Shown here in pieces: positions 21,188 through 32,678 of a stretch of 64,000 nt of DNA. Numbering within the stretch: the first letter of the stretch is position 1; each line of letters starts with the position of its first letter. Made by a program: the position numbers and the translations under genes. Under the pieces are notes generated by a model. That model saw only the letters and a program-made list of their open reading frames with translations, searched no databases and was not told where the DNA came from. Origin of the DNA: Polyangiales bacterium (GTDB lineage Bacteria > Myxococcota_A > Polyangia > Polyangiales > JADJQN01); the NCBI GenBank assembly GCA_964202905.1, contig CAXNJO010000005.1:256001-320000 (forward strand). Direction: 5' to 3'.

Positions 21188-21290
21188 GGCGCGACTCTCG
21201 CACGGCACGCGCGGCGCAATCGACTGGCGCTCCATGGAGCCGTTATACGCCGCTTTGCACCGTACGGCGTACAAGGCGCGCTTCGCGCCG

Positions 21291-23501
21291 CTACGCCTTC
21301 GACTCCCCGTCCTTCGCCTCGCTGGCCTTCGCCGCATCACCCTTCGCCGTGCGCGTGCCGGCGACGTAGAGCAGCACGGCGATGGCTGCGAACCAGAGCA
21401 GCGCCCAGCCGTCGCGCGCGTCCTGCGCGTGACCGGGCTCGCCCGCGACCGTGTGGCCGAGCCAGCCGAGCGCGCCGGAGACGTCGATGGCGCCTGCGAC
21501 GCCGCCCGCAGCGAGGCCGGCGAGCACGAGGCCCGCGATGGCGCCGCCCGCGATGTAGCCCGAGGAGAGCAGCGTGCCGGGCGAGGTCTCGCTCTCGGCC
21601 TCGCTCGCCTTCGTGCGGCGGTCGACGAAATAGCGCACGAGGCCGCCGGCCATGATCGGCACGCTCGTCGAGATGGGGAGATAGAGGCCGACCGCGAAGG
21701 GCAAGGAGGCCACACCGCAGAGCTCCATCATCAGCGAGATGAACACGCCGATCAGCACGAGGGCCCACGGCAGCTTCTGCGTGAGAATCCCATCGATGAT
21801 GAGCGAGAAGAGCTGCGCCTTCGGCGCGTCGAGCTTCGTCAGCTTCTTGCCGTCGAGCTCGCGCACCACGCCACCGATGCCCGGATCGACGAGGAAGCGC
21901 GGGTGTCCCGCGTCGTCGACCAGATAACGCCCCTGCGGGATCGTCTCGCCCGATTCGCGCTGGAAACCGACGCGGTACGGCTGGTGGTCGGGCGCCTCCT
22001 GGCGCTCATCCGTCACCACCGACACACGCGCATCGCCATACGAACGCGGCACGATCGTCGTGTACGCGTCGTTGAGCATGTTCACCGTGTAGCCGATGAC
22101 GAGCGCGCTCGTGACGACGCCGACCAGCAATCCGATCTGCTGGTGACGCGGTGTCGCACCCACGAGGAATCCCGTCTTCAGGTCCTGCGAGGTGGTGCCG
22201 CCGTTCGACGCCGCGACACACACGATCGCGCCGGTCACGAGCGCCATCGCGCGGTAGCCCGAGCCCGTCCAGCCGACGAGCAGGAAGAGCAGGCACGTCA
22301 CGAGCAGCGTCGCGACGGTCATGCCGCTGATCGGGTTCGACGAGGAGCCGATCTCGCCGGTGATGCGCGACGACACCGTCGTGAAGAGGAAGCCGAAGAT
22401 CACGACGAGCAGCGCGGACGCGAAGTTGATGCCGAGCGGCGGCGCGAGCCAGATCGCGAGCACGAGCGCGAGGCTGCCGCCGATCACCCACGTGATCGGC
22501 AGATCGCGCGCGGTGCGGGGCACCTCGGGCACGCCGCCCCCGGCGCGCGCGTCCTTCTTCGCGGCCTGGGCCGCGCGGAAGGTGCGCATCCCGCCGACGA
22601 AGGCCGAGGCGATCGTCGGCAACGCCCGCGCGAGCGAGACGAGCCCGCCCGTCGCGACGGCGCCCGCGCCGATGTAGAGCACGTAGGCGCCGCGCATCTC
22701 GTGCGGGGACATGTCGCGCACCAGCATCTCCGTCGCCGGGTAGAGCGGCGCGTCGAGCGGCCCGCCGAACATCGCGATGGCCGGCATGATCACGAGGTAG
22801 CCGAGCACGCCGCCGGCGAGCATCGTCGCGCTGATGCGCGGGCCGATGATGTAGCCGACGCCGAGCAGCTCCGGTGAGATCTCGGCGCCGACGCTCGCGC
22901 CGCGGTACCACGAGAGCATGCGCTCGGGCGCTTCGTTGAAGAGGCGCAGCCCCGAGGCGAAGAGCTTGTAGAGCACGCCGACGCCGAAGCCCGTGAACAC
23001 GGTCCGCGCGTTGGTGCCGCCCTGCTCGCCGACGACGAGCACCTCCGCGCAGGCGGTGCCCTCGGGGTACGGCAGCTTGCCGTGCTCCTTCACGATGAGG
23101 CCCTCGCGCAGCGGGATCATCATGAGCACGCCGAGCACGCCGCCGAGCAGCGCGCAGAGCAGCACCTGCATCGCGTCGAGCTCGTAGCCCATGAGCAACA
23201 GCGCGGGCAGCGTGAAGGCGATGCCCGCCGCGAGCGACTCGCCCGCCGAGCCCGTCGTCTGCACGATGTTGTTCTCGAGGATCGTCGCGCGGCCGAAGGC
23301 CCGGAAGATCGTGATCGAGAGCACCGCGATGGGGATCGACGCGCTCACCGTGAGCCCGACCTTCAGCGCGAGGTACACGCTCGACGCGGCGAACACGACG
23401 CCGAGCGCGGCGCCGACGACGACGGCGCGCACGGTGAGTTCGCGGACGCTCGCGCTCGCGGGGATGTAGGGCTGGTGTGTCGCGGGCTCGGAGGCGGGCA
23501 T
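21291..23501 (-). CDS. OPT family oligopeptide transporter
   Basis: [44 protein letters not shown] and [13 protein letters not shown] motifs. Confidence 0.95.
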   Translation of the reverse strand: MPASEPATHQPYIPASASVRELTVRAVVVGAALGVVFAASSVYLALKVGLTVSASIPIAVLSITIFRAFGRATILENNIVQTTGSAGESLAAGIAFTLPALLLMGYELDAMQVLLCALLGGVLGVLMMIPLREGLIVKEHGKLPYPEGTACAEVLVVGEQGGTNARTVFTGFGVGVLYKLFASGLRLFNEAPERMLSWYRGASVGAEISPELLGVGYIIGPRISATMLAGGVLGYLVIMPAIAMFGGPLDAPLYPATEMLVRDMSPHEMRGAYVLYIGAGAVATGGLVSLARALPTIASAFVGGMRTFRAAQAAKKDARAGGGVPEVPRTARDLPITWVIGGSLALVLAIWLAPPLGINFASALLVVIFGFLFTTVSSRITGEIGSSSNPISGMTVATLLVTCLLFLLVGWTGSGYRAMALVTGAIVCVAASNGGTTSQDLKTGFLVGATPRHQQIGLLVGVVTSALVIGYTVNMLNDAYTTIVPRSYGDARVSVVTDERQEAPDHQPYRVGFQRESGETIPQGRYLVDDAGHPRFLVDPGIGGVVRELDGKKLTKLDAPKAQLFSLIIDGILTQKLPWALVLIGVFISLMMELCGVASLPFAVGLYLPISTSVPIMAGGLVRYFVDRRTKASEAESETSPGTLLSSGYIAGGAIAGLVLAGLAAGGVAGAIDVSGALGWLGHTVAGEPGHAQDARDGWALLWFAAIAVLLYVAGTRTAKGDAAKASEAKDGESKA

Positions 23502-23791
23502 GCGCCGGTGTGTAACACGGCCGCTCCGTCGGCCGCGTCCCTACCCTCGGCGCCGGGCCGCGCGTACCCTCTCCGCCCATGTCCACGCTCGTCCCCGACG
23601 CCGCGCTCGCCCTCCCTGCCGCCGCGCCCGACGCGCCCGCGCCGACGTCGACCGTTGCCCGCGTGGTTTCCGAAGTGGCAACGACCGCACCCGAAGACGC
23701 CGCGTCGACGACTTCGGAGACCACGAAAAGCCATGTAAACATGGATGTTGCGACAGTTTCCCGGGTGTCAACATCGGCGCCTGCGCGGGGG

Positions 23792-24418
23792 ATGTCCACC
23801 GCCGCGCCCGCGCTCCCGCCCGACGTCACGGCGGCGCTCGAGCGGGGCGCCACGCAGCTGGCCGGGGCGCTCGGCTCGGGGCTGCGCGCCGCGTCGCGAT
23901 CGATCGAGGCCTCGAGCCCCGGGGCGCTCGAGGCGCTGCTCGAAGAGGCGCCGCCCCTCGACGTCACGACGACCGATCCGCTCGCCGCGCTCGCCGCGCG
24001 CCTCGCCGCCGAGAGCGACTTCGGACGACGGCTCGCGCTCCGCTCGCTGCAACGCGCCGTCGGCGCCGACCGCGCGTCCTACGCCGTGGTGGCCGGCACG
24101 CTCGCCGGCGCGCTCGGCCTCGGCGTCGTCGCCGCGATCGGCGCGCTCTTCCCCGGCGAGCATGCGGCCACGCGCGCGGCCCTCCTGCTCGGCGGCGGCG
24201 CCGCGCTCCTCGTCGCCGCGCTCGTCGGCTACGTCTTCACCGACACGGTCCGCCGCGCCCAGCAGGACACCGCCCGCCGCGCCCAGGAGAACGCCGCGCG
24301 CGCCGAGCGCCGCCTGCAGCGCCTCGCGATCGCGCTCGCCCTGCGCGCCGTCGACCCCGACGCGCACCGCGCCGCGCTCGTGAAGTGGCTCGACGCGGAC
24401 GACCCCGCGACGCGCTGA
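23792..24418 (+). CDS. Hypothetical protein with two TM helices and a coiled coil (alternative start 23579)
   Basis: Two hydrophobic segments followed by a helical tail. An AT-rich stretch at ~23720-23775 suggests the downstream start. Confidence 0.55.
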   Translation: MSTAAPALPPDVTAALERGATQLAGALGSGLRAASRSIEASSPGALEALLEEAPPLDVTTTDPLAALAARLAAESDFGRRLALRSLQRAVGADRASYAVVAGTLAGALGLGVVAAIGALFPGEHAATRAALLLGGGAALLVAALVGYVFTDTVRRAQQDTARRAQENAARAERRLQRLAIALALRAVDPDAHRAALVKWLDADDPATR

Positions 24419-24559
24419 GTCGCCCGCGCGACGGCCGACGCCTGCACCGCACGCGACCTCCGCGACACGGCGATCCCGCGTTCGTTCTCCCAGGTCTTGG
24501 CTTACCATCGCGCGCCTGAGCGGCGGCCGAGCACCGCGAACCACGAGGAACGCTGCGAC

Positions 24560-26539
24560 ATGGAGCGCATCGAGGACATCCGGCGCGAGATCGAGCGCCT
24601 GCGTCGGGACTACGACGAACTCCGGCACGAGGTCGCGGGCATCGCGCGCGCGGGAGGCCGCAGCCGCGAGAGCTCACGGCCCGCGGCGCGCGTCGAGCCC
24701 GCCGCGGCCGGGGCGACGGCAGAGTCGCTCTTGCAGTTCGTCTACCGCGCCGAAGGTCGGCACCGCGACGGACCGCCGGCCGAGCAGCTCACGCTCGACG
24801 ACCTGACCACGGCGCTGCGCGACGTGCTGCCGGGGCACATCCAGGCGCACCTCCGCACCGTGCAGGCGTGGCGCCACGTGGGCGCGCACGACGGGGGCGG
24901 GACGCACGCCGTGGAGGACGCGACGCTCGAGGCGGTGGAGACCGCCGTGACCCACGTCGTGATGTGGTTCGTCTTGGACCGGCTGGGCGGGAAATTTCCG
25001 CTGCCCGAAGACCCGCGGGTCCTCGCGGAACCGCCACCAGTCGAGCTCGAGGAGTGGCGCGAGTTGTACTGGTGGACGATGCGCGCGGGGACGCCGAAAC
25101 TCCTCGAGAAGGCCGCGCTCGACGCGGCGCAGAAGCGGCGCCAGCTCAGCGCCGCTGCGGTCGAGGGTGTACGGAAGGCGTACAAGCGGGACGACGTGAG
25201 CCTGCGGGACGCCATCGCCGAAGCGCTCGACGATGGCGGGCTCGAGGAGCACTGGCTCGACGCGCTCGAGGAGCTGCGCGTGATCGGCTGCATCTCGGCG
25301 CGCGAGGCCGAGCGGATCGCCGCGAGCGTGATCGGCGACATCAAGCTTTCGCTGCCGCCGCACCCCGAGTGGCTGGTGGCCGCCGCGCGCGCGCGCACCT
25401 ACAAGATGGAAGAAGAGGCGCGGCGCGCACGCGAAGCGGCCGAGACCGAAGCCCGCGCGAAGGCGGAAGCCGAAGAGCGCGCGCGCGTCGAGCGCGAGGC
25501 CGAGGCGCAGCGCCAGCGCGAGGCGGACGAGGCCGAGGAGCGCGCGCTCGCCGAGGCGGAAGCGAAGGCGAAGGCCGAGGCCGAGGCGAGGCAGCGCGTT
25601 CAGGTCGAGGCGGAGCTGCGGTTGCGGCTCGAGCTGGAAGCCCAGGCGAAGGCGGAACGCGAGGCGCGCGCGGCGCGCGAGTGGGCCGCCACGGAGGCCC
25701 GTGCGCGGGCGGAGCGCGAGGCCCGTGCGAAGGCCGAGGCCGAGGCGCGCGCGCGGCTCGAGGCGGAAGAGCGCGCGAAGCGCCCGGCCTGGGTGCGGCC
25801 CTGGATGACGGGCTGGGGCCACGACGCGCTCGGCGCGTGGGCGACGGCGTCGATCGCGGGCGTGAGCGTGAAGTTCCGCGGCTGCCCCGTCGGCAAGTTC
25901 GTGATGGGCTCGCAGGCCTCGGAAGAGGGGCGCTGGGACGACGAGGGCCCTCCGCACGAGGTTGAGCTCACACAGGCCTTCTGGCTCGCCGAGACGCCCG
26001 TCACGCAGTCGCTCTGGCAGGCGACGATGGGGAGCAACCCCAGCAAGTTCCGCGGCACGGAGCGCCCTGTCGAGCAGGTGAGTTGGGAGGATTGTCAGCA
26101 GTTCTTGTCACGGGTGAACGGCGCGCAGCCCGGCCTGAACCTGCGTCTGCCGACCGAGTCGGAGTGGGAGTACGCGTGCCGCGCCGGGACCCAGGGCGCG
26201 ACGTGGCTGGGCGCCAGCAGCCCCGCGACGCTGAGCCGGATCGCCTGGTACGAGCGCAACAGCGAGAGCCAGACGCGACCCGGGCGGCAGAAGGAGAGCA
26301 ACCCCTGGGGCCTCCACGACATGCTCGGCAACGTGTGGGAGTGGTGCGCGGATTACACCGGTGCCTACGGCGCGGGGCGTGTCGTCGACCCGATCGGGCC
26401 CGCGTCCGGCACGCTGCGCGTCTACCGCGGCGGCTCGTGGTTCTACGGCACGCGTGACGCGCGCGCCGCGCGCCGCCTCGCGCACGACCCCGGCGCCCGC
26501 TTCGACGACCTCGGATTCCGCATCGCGCGCACGCAGTGA
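24560..26539 (+). CDS. FGE-sulfatase (SUMF1/C-lectin fold) domain protein with N-terminal HEPN/DUF4145-like region and Ala/Glu-rich coiled coil
   Basis: C-terminal [48 protein letters not shown] and RGGSW..GFR. N-terminal WRHVGAHD. Central EAEARAKAE repeats. Confidence 0.85.
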   Translation: MERIEDIRREIERLRRDYDELRHEVAGIARAGGRSRESSRPAARVEPAAAGATAESLLQFVYRAEGRHRDGPPAEQLTLDDLTTALRDVLPGHIQAHLRTVQAWRHVGAHDGGGTHAVEDATLEAVETAVTHVVMWFVLDRLGGKFPLPEDPRVLAEPPPVELEEWRELYWWTMRAGTPKLLEKAALDAAQKRRQLSAAAVEGVRKAYKRDDVSLRDAIAEALDDGGLEEHWLDALEELRVIGCISAREAERIAASVIGDIKLSLPPHPEWLVAAARARTYKMEEEARRAREAAETEARAKAEAEERARVEREAEAQRQREADEAEERALAEAEAKAKAEAEARQRVQVEAELRLRLELEAQAKAEREARAAREWAATEARARAEREARAKAEAEARARLEAEERAKRPAWVRPWMTGWGHDALGAWATASIAGVSVKFRGCPVGKFVMGSQASEEGRWDDEGPPHEVELTQAFWLAETPVTQSLWQATMGSNPSKFRGTERPVEQVSWEDCQQFLSRVNGAQPGLNLRLPTESEWEYACRAGTQGATWLGASSPATLSRIAWYERNSESQTRPGRQKESNPWGLHDMLGNVWEWCADYTGAYGAGRVVDPIGPASGTLRVYRGGSWFYGTRDARAARRLAHDPGARFDDLGFRIARTQ

Positions 26540-26712
26540 GGGGTTGCGCGGACATGCCCACATCTCGGGAGAGGGGGATTCACGAGAATCCCACTTTCCG
26601 CGTCCGTGAACTCTGAATCCCAACACCTCCGGAATCGCATCGGCGTCGCGCGTGACGGGGCGCGGTGTCTCCCACACGCGCGCCCCTCACCGACACTTCG
26701 CGAATCCCGCGC

Positions 26713-28704
26713 TCACCCCAGAATCGGCACGCAGACGTTCGAGACGTCCATCGAGGAAACGCGCGGGGAGAGGACGGTGGTGCCCGTCGTGCGCTCGCTC
26801 TCGAGGCGCACTTCGAGCTCCAGGTAGAGCTCGGGGTCGATGCCCTCGGCCATCAGCGCGGCGCGGATGTCGGCGGGCGCGGCGTCGGGGGGGACGTTCG
26901 CGACGATCACCCACGTCGCCGCGTCGAGGTCCGCGCGCGTCGCGGCGGTGCGGACGCGGAAGCGCAGGCTCGTGCCGGGGACGACGTCGGCCGCCCAGAT
27001 CAGGTCGCGCCACTCGGTCGTGGTCGTCGGGTCGGTGCAGCCCTCGAACACGTGGCGGTAGTAGCCGAAGGGGTTGGTCGCGAGCCGCAGCTGCTGGCCC
27101 GTCATGTCCGAGTACGTGTAGCGCACGGACGGGCCCGGCGAGACGCCGAGCGTGACCGTCGCGTCGTCGATCCCGGGGCCAGGGACGATGACGGTTGCGT
27201 CGTTGTCGCCGCCTTGGTTGATCGCCCAGACCTTGCCATCCTGGTCGATGGCCATGCCCTTCGAGCGTGGCCCGCCCGTGCCCGCGACGACCCGGAAGGT
27301 CATGTCGTCGGCGTCGACGCGCAGGACGCCGCTGCCATGGCCGGCGGCCCATACATAACCGACACCGTCGGCGGCGATCCCGTGCATGGGAAAGCCCGGC
27401 GCGACGGTCGCGAAGCGCGCACCCGGCGCGGCGCGCGGGTCGTAGCGCATCACGACGTCACCGCCGCCATAGCCCGCGACCCACACGCGCTGCATGAAGT
27501 CCACGGTGATGCCGTAGGTCTCGCCGGGCGCGGGGATGCGCTGTTTCACGCAGTCGTCGGAGCCGGGGCCCTGCCCTTCGCACGCGGGGGCGGCGCAGCT
27601 CGCGTCGTCGATGCAGCGGAGCGTGTCGATGCGGCCGAGCGCCTGCGGCGCACCACGGCCCGAGATCCAGAGGTTGCCGACGCCGTCGAGCGCGAAGCCG
27701 TAGTTGGTCGTCGGCGACTCGGTGCGGAGCACGGGCGCGCCCGTCTGACCGTCGAGCTTCCACACGGTGCGGTTCCACGCGCCGATCCACACGTAGGGGA
27801 TGACCTCGCCGTCCGGCCCGGTGACGTCCTGCGCAGCGGCCGAGCGGATCAGATCTGCCTCGGGGAGCGGCGTGTGCCACAGCACGCACTCGTCGGTGCC
27901 CCAGGGCTTCACGTCGCCGGGCCCCGTCGAGGTGTTGACCATCCCGTCGCCGTTCGCGTCGGGGCAGTCGGCGCCGAGCACGGAGATCTTCGTGATGCTG
28001 CGACCCGAGCGGTTGGCGACGTAGACGTCGCCGAGCGAGTTGACCGTGGTGCGGGACGGGTCGTTGCCACCGCCGCCCGGCGAGCCGGAGCCCGTGCCAT
28101 CCGGCCCGGTGATGTAGCGCGCGAGCTCGGTGTAGGTGTCGGTGTCGACCTTCGAGACGGTGCCCTCGACGGTGTTCGCGATCCAGATGATGCGGGTGTT
28201 GACCGCGCGCGAGTCGAGGACGAGGGCGCCATCGGGGTCGACACCGACGCCGTCCGCGGTGTCACCGGTGCTGCCGTCCGGCACGAAGGGCACGCCGGCG
28301 CCGATGCCGATTCCCGTGCTCAGGCACGAGGGGTCGCAGTCGCCGCAGGCCGAGCGCACCTCCTCGTCGACCTCGCCGTCGCAGTCGTTGTCGTTGCCGT
28401 CGCAGACCTCGACGCCGGTCTGCGTGCGGTCAGCGTCGTCGCAGTCGGGGCCGCGCGGGCAGCGCGCGCCGTAGCCGTCTCCGTCGCGGTCGACGCAGCT
28501 CGCCGGGAGCGGCGCACAGCGGCCATCGACGCACATCCCCGAGGGGCACGTCGCGCTGCTCGTGCAAGGGCGCGGCCCGCTGACGAGCTCGCCCCCGCCG
28601 CAGTCGCAGCCCGCGGTCACCGCGAGCGCCGACGCGAGCGCGAAGGCGAGACGCGACGCGACGCCTGTCGCGTGGGGGGACCGATGAACACGGGCTCGGG
28701 ACAT
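26713..28704 (-). CDS. Secreted Cys-rich lipoprotein with CDGNDNDCDG repeat and beta-propeller
   Basis: Signal ending TAGC; DRDGDGYG..PDCDD; repeated blade motifs (IWIAN, VYVANR, ALDGVGNLW, AADGVGYVW, IDQDGKVW); YTYSDMTG. Confidence 0.8.
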   Translation of the reverse strand: MSRARVHRSPHATGVASRLAFALASALAVTAGCDCGGGELVSGPRPCTSSATCPSGMCVDGRCAPLPASCVDRDGDGYGARCPRGPDCDDADRTQTGVEVCDGNDNDCDGEVDEEVRSACGDCDPSCLSTGIGIGAGVPFVPDGSTGDTADGVGVDPDGALVLDSRAVNTRIIWIANTVEGTVSKVDTDTYTELARYITGPDGTGSGSPGGGGNDPSRTTVNSLGDVYVANRSGRSITKISVLGADCPDANGDGMVNTSTGPGDVKPWGTDECVLWHTPLPEADLIRSAAAQDVTGPDGEVIPYVWIGAWNRTVWKLDGQTGAPVLRTESPTTNYGFALDGVGNLWISGRGAPQALGRIDTLRCIDDASCAAPACEGQGPGSDDCVKQRIPAPGETYGITVDFMQRVWVAGYGGGDVVMRYDPRAAPGARFATVAPGFPMHGIAADGVGYVWAAGHGSGVLRVDADDMTFRVVAGTGGPRSKGMAIDQDGKVWAINQGGDNDATVIVPGPGIDDATVTLGVSPGPSVRYTYSDMTGQQLRLATNPFGYYRHVFEGCTDPTTTTEWRDLIWAADVVPGTSLRFRVRTAATRADLDAATWVIVANVPPDAAPADIRAALMAEGIDPELYLELEVRLESERTTGTTVLSPRVSSMDVSNVCVPILG

Positions 28705-28847
28705 CGCGCGCTCCTCTGAGGACGGCCGACCCCACCCCGACGCGGAGCGTGACGACGCCAGCGCATAGCATCACGGATCGTGCCAGCGCGGGCAACTGCG
28801 GACGCCGTGCGGGTGCGGCCGATCGGCGACGATCCGAGGGCGCGCGC

Positions 28848-29678
28848 TCAGCGCCGCGGACGCAGAGCGACGAGCGTGCCGCAGCCCCCGTTCGCTTCGA
28901 CACGCGCCGCGGAGCTCATGCGCACGAGCAGCCCGCGCGTGCGCAGCCGCGCGTAGGCGGCCTCGTAGCGGTCTCGCCCCACGGGCCGCGCGGGGCTCGT
29001 CGGGACGGGGTTGTACGCGTAGAGGTGCACCGGCTGCGCGAGCGGACGCGCGCGCTCGGCGAAGGCGTCGAGCTCGTCGTCGGCGTCGTTCTCGCCCGCG
29101 ATCAGCAGGTAGGCGAGCGCGACCTTGCGGCGCCGCGAGCGCGAGAGCGTCGGCAGCGCGTCCGCCAGCGTGTCGACGAGCACCGCGAGCGTCGGGGCGT
29201 GCGGCACGAGCCGCGCGCGCACGGCCTCGCTGCCCGCGTGCACGGAGATCGTCAGGCCGTTGTGGGGGAGCGCGAGCGCGCGACGCAGGCGCTCGGCGTT
29301 CCCGCCGGAGGTCGTGAGGCTCGGCGGCAGGCGACGTGCGCGCATCGCCTCGACGAAGGCGGCGACCGCGTCGAGGTTGTGGAGCGGCTCGCCGACGCCG
29401 CTCACCGTGACGCGCGCGAGGCCTGCGCCCTCGGGCCGCGCCTGCACGAGCGCGACCTGCGCGCCGAGCTCCGCGGGCGAGAGCTGCCGCCCGAGGCCAT
29501 TGGCGCCCGACGCGCAGAACGGACAGCGCACCGCGCACCCGACCTGCGACGAGACGCAGAGCGTGTCACCGCGGTAGAGCACCGCCTCGACCTCGGCGCC
29601 GTCGTCGAGCGCGACGACGTAGCGCACGTTCTGCGCAGACTCGGCGTCGCCCGCGGCGACCCGCGCGATCGTGGGCAT
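28848..29678 (-). CDS. RlmN/Cfr-like radical SAM methyltransferase, short form
   Basis: LCVSSQVGCAVRCPFCASG, SGVGEPLHN, ISVHA and C-terminal GGCGTL. Confidence 0.85.
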   Translation of the reverse strand: MPTIARVAAGDAESAQNVRYVVALDDGAEVEAVLYRGDTLCVSSQVGCAVRCPFCASGANGLGRQLSPAELGAQVALVQARPEGAGLARVTVSGVGEPLHNLDAVAAFVEAMRARRLPPSLTTSGGNAERLRRALALPHNGLTISVHAGSEAVRARLVPHAPTLAVLVDTLADALPTLSRSRRRKVALAYLLIAGENDADDELDAFAERARPLAQPVHLYAYNPVPTSPARPVGRDRYEAAYARLRTRGLLVRMSSAARVEANGGCGTLVALRPRR

Positions 29679-29690
29679 CGACGGCGCGGC

Positions 29691-30839
29691 CTACTGCGCG
29701 CCCGCCTCGGGATCGTCGCCGACGACGGCCGTCCCCGCGGCCCGCGCCCCCGCGCCGAGCGGCTCCGCGCGCCCGGCGAGCGCGCGCGCACGCGCCCCCC
29801 GGCGCCGACGCGCTGCGTGCCGACCGCAAACGGCGGCGGCGCTGCGGGGTTGCACTGCGGGCCGAAGCCCGCGGCGTCGAACTCGTAGGTCACGCTGCCG
29901 TACGTCTCGCCGCGCAGCGCCTCGACCGTGACCTCGTGCACCCCGGCGCGCGCGGGCGAGCAGTAGCTGAGGAGGTAGAAGCGCTGCGTCGCGGCGACGA
30001 TGCGCGTGCCGATGTCCTCGAAGGCCTGCGTGAGCGCGGCCGCGTCCTCGACGCGCACCGAGCCGTCGCGCCCGATGCGCGCGAGCGTGCGCTCGTCGAT
30101 CTCGTTGCCGACGCCGATCGCGAACACGTCGTGCTCGGACTGTTCGAGCCGGTCGAGCATCGCGTCGAAGGTCACGCGCGACGCGCGATCGGTGCCGTCC
30201 GAGAACACGACCACGGTGCCGAACGCGAGCGGCGTGCGCGCGCGCGAGATCGCCGCGTCGAGCGTCTCGACGGAGGCGACGAGCGCGCCGTGCAGGTTCG
30301 TCGACGGGTCGCGCGGGCGGAAGTTCGAGATGCGCCCAGCGGCGGCCGTGCCTGCGCCGCTCGAGCCGGTGAAGGGCGTGATCGGGTGGATCTCCGGGCT
30401 GCCGTCGAAGGCGTAGATCCCGAGTTTCTGCGTGGTCCCGAGCTTCGCGGCGAAGGCGGCCGCGGCCTGCTCGATGAGCGGCACCTGGTCGCTCTCCGTC
30501 ACCGAGCCGCTCATGTCGACGAGCAGCAGCGTGTAGTGCTCGGCCGCGACCTCGGGGTTGATGATCGTCTGTTTGGACTCGTCGACGCTGACGAGCGCGC
30601 CGTCCTCGTAGATGCGGAAATCCGTCGAGGCGAGGCCGCCCACCGGCTCGCCGCGCGACGTGTCGACCGTGAAGTACATCGCGACGTTGCTCGGCGCGCG
30701 GTGCGCCGCGTCCACGAGCGTCAGCTGGAGTCCGCCTCCGCAGCCCGCCGCGAGCGCGCCGCACGCGAGCGTGGCGAAGAGTCGTGACGGAGACGCGGAC
30801 GCACGTGGGCGCGACAGGGTCGCGGGGGAGGGAGTTCAT
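29691..30839 (-). CDS. VWA domain lipoprotein (apparent indels near 30836 and 29798)
   Basis: DFRIYEDG, LLLVDMSGS MIDAS motif and VVFSDG. Lipobox LAAGC lies in frame upstream of 30715, and ATG 30839 is one base out of frame. Both ends are inferred. Confidence 0.7.
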   Translation of the reverse strand: MNSLPRDPVAPTCVRVSVTTLRHARVRRARGGLRRRTPADARGRGAPRAEQRRDVLHGRHVARRAGGRPRLDGFPHLRGRRARQRRRVQTDDHQPRGRGRALHAAARRHERLGDGERPGAAHRAGRGRLRREARDHAETRDLRLRRQPGDPPDHALHRLERRRHGRRWAHLELPPARPVDEPARRARRLRRDARRGDLARAHAARVRHRGRVLGRHRSRVARDLRRDARPARTVRARRVRDRRRQRDRRAHARAHRARRLGARRGRGRAHAGLRGHRHAHRRRDAALLPPQLLLARARRGARGHGRGAARRDVRQRDLRVRRRGLRPAVQPRSAAAVCGRHAARRRRGARARALAGRAEPLGAGARAAGTAVVGDDPEAGAQ

Positions 30840-30888
30840 GGGCGCGTCGACTATACGTCAGCGCCCCGGCGCGCCGCGCAACACGCGC

Positions 30889-32611
30889 TCAGGGCGCGTC
30901 CTCCCACGGACGCGGGCCCTCGGCGAGCTCCTCCTCGGGGAGCCTCGGGGCCTCGACGGTGCCGACGACGCCCTCGCCGTGCCGCTCGAAGAGCTCGACG
31001 TTCAGCCGCGCGAGCAGCGGCGAGAGCGACGCGCGGTCGAGCGCGCTCACCGCGACGGCGCCCGTGCTGCGCGCGATGGCGGCGGCGTGCCCGGCGATCA
31101 GGCGATCGGTCTTGTTGTAGACGATCGACCTGCGGCACGCGGTCGAGGTCGAGGTCCGCGAGCAGCGCCTCCGTCGTCTGCATGTGCAGCTCGTGCGCCG
31201 GGTCCGAGAGGTCGACGACGTGCAGCAGGAGATCGGCGTCCTGCGCCTCCTCGAAAGTGGCGCGAAACGCTGAAAAAAGGGCCTTCGGTAGGTCGCGGAT
31301 GAAGCCGACGGTGTCGGTGATCACGACCTCGCGCTCCTCCGGGAAGCGGATGCGCCGCGAGCGCGTGTCGAGCGTCGCGAAGAGCTTGTCCTCGACGAGC
31401 ACGGCGCTCTCGGTGAGCGCGTTCAGCAGCGTGCTCTTGCCCGCGTTCGTGTAGCCGACGATCGCGACGATCGGCACGCCGCGGCGCGCGCGGCGGCGGC
31501 GGCGCTCGACGCGCTGCTTCGCGAGGTGCTTGAGCTGGTCCTCGAGCTGCGAAACACGGTCGTTCGCGCGGCGACGGCCGATCTCGATCTTGGTCTCGCC
31601 GGGGCCGCGCCCACCGATGCCGCCCGTCAGCCGCGAGAGCGCGTCGTCCTTCTGGCCGAGGCGCGGGAGCAGGTATTTCATCTGCGCGAGCTCGACCTGG
31701 AGCTTGCCGTCGCGGCTCTCGGCGCGCTGCGCGAAGATGTCGAGGATGAGCTGCGTGCGGTCGATCACCTTGAGATCGGTGACGCCCGCGATGGCCGCCG
31801 CCTGCGCGGCCGTGAGGTTGCGGTCGAAGATGAGGACTTCGACGTCGTCCTGCATCGCGCGGATCACGACGTCGTCGAGCTTGCCCTTGCCGAGCACGAA
31901 CTTCGGATCGACCTGATCGCGCACCTGCAACACGGTGTCGACGACCTCGACGCCCGCGGTGCGCGCGAGCTCGCGCAGCTCGCGCAGCGACTCGTCCGCG
32001 TCGGCCTTGTGCCGCTTGTCGGTGACGTGCACGAGGATCGCGCGGCCGTCCTTCGCGACGACGGCGCGCGTGCGCGCGACGCGGGCGAACTCGGCCTCGA
32101 GCGCGGGGAGCACCTCGGAGGGATTGCAGTCGAGTTTCGCGTAGGGGATCGGGCCGAACTTGCGGTAGGGCTCACCCGCCGTGCCGGGCGCGACGGGGAC
32201 GCAGTGCGCCCAGTAGATCGTCTGCGGATAGCCCTCGGGCGACACGAGGATCGCGGCCACGAGGTCGAGCCGCAGCCGCGTGAGGTCGACGAGGTCGTCG
32301 CGCGTGAGCGGCTCGGCGCGCAGGTGCGTGTGGATGAGACGCAGCCCGCGGAAGCGACCCTGCGCGGCGCGGAGACGGCCGATGTCCGGAAGCATGATCC
32401 GCGCGGCGTCGCCGACGACGACGAAGGCGACCTGACCCTGCCGATCGACGAGCACGCCGACCTGCCGCCCGGTGATGTGCGACGCCTCGCAGAGGGAGCG
32501 CGCGAGCTCGTGCGTGGTGAGCTGATCGAAGGGCACGCGCCGCCGGTAGAGGCGCTCGAGCGCCTTGGTCTCCGCGGTGCCGAGGCCCTGGGTGTTTCCG
32601 TGCAGCTGCAA
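30889..32611 (-). CDS. hflX: GTPase HflX (+1 frameshift near 31130)
   Basis: [37 protein letters not shown] and DTVGFI. The G4/G5 motifs VYNKTD..AVSA continue in the next frame to a stop at 30889. TTG start inferred. Confidence 0.9.
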
Positions 32612-32678
32612 GGCCGGGAACGTAGTGCGCACGCCCGCGCGGCGCCAGAGCGGCACCGATGCGCGCGGCGCGGCGCCG

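Noticed and set aside
24560..26700. Complete diversity-generating retroelement
   Set aside because: No template repeat, reverse transcriptase or avd gene in the window. Kept only as a possible remote target.
28848..29678. Cfr resistance gene or firm rlmN call
   Set aside because: The motifs show class-A radical SAM membership only; the subfamily cannot be resolved by eye.
31100..31140. Programmed frameshift or pseudogene in hflX
   Set aside because: No slippery sequence or stimulatory structure, and many similar indels occur across the window, so an assembly error is more likely.
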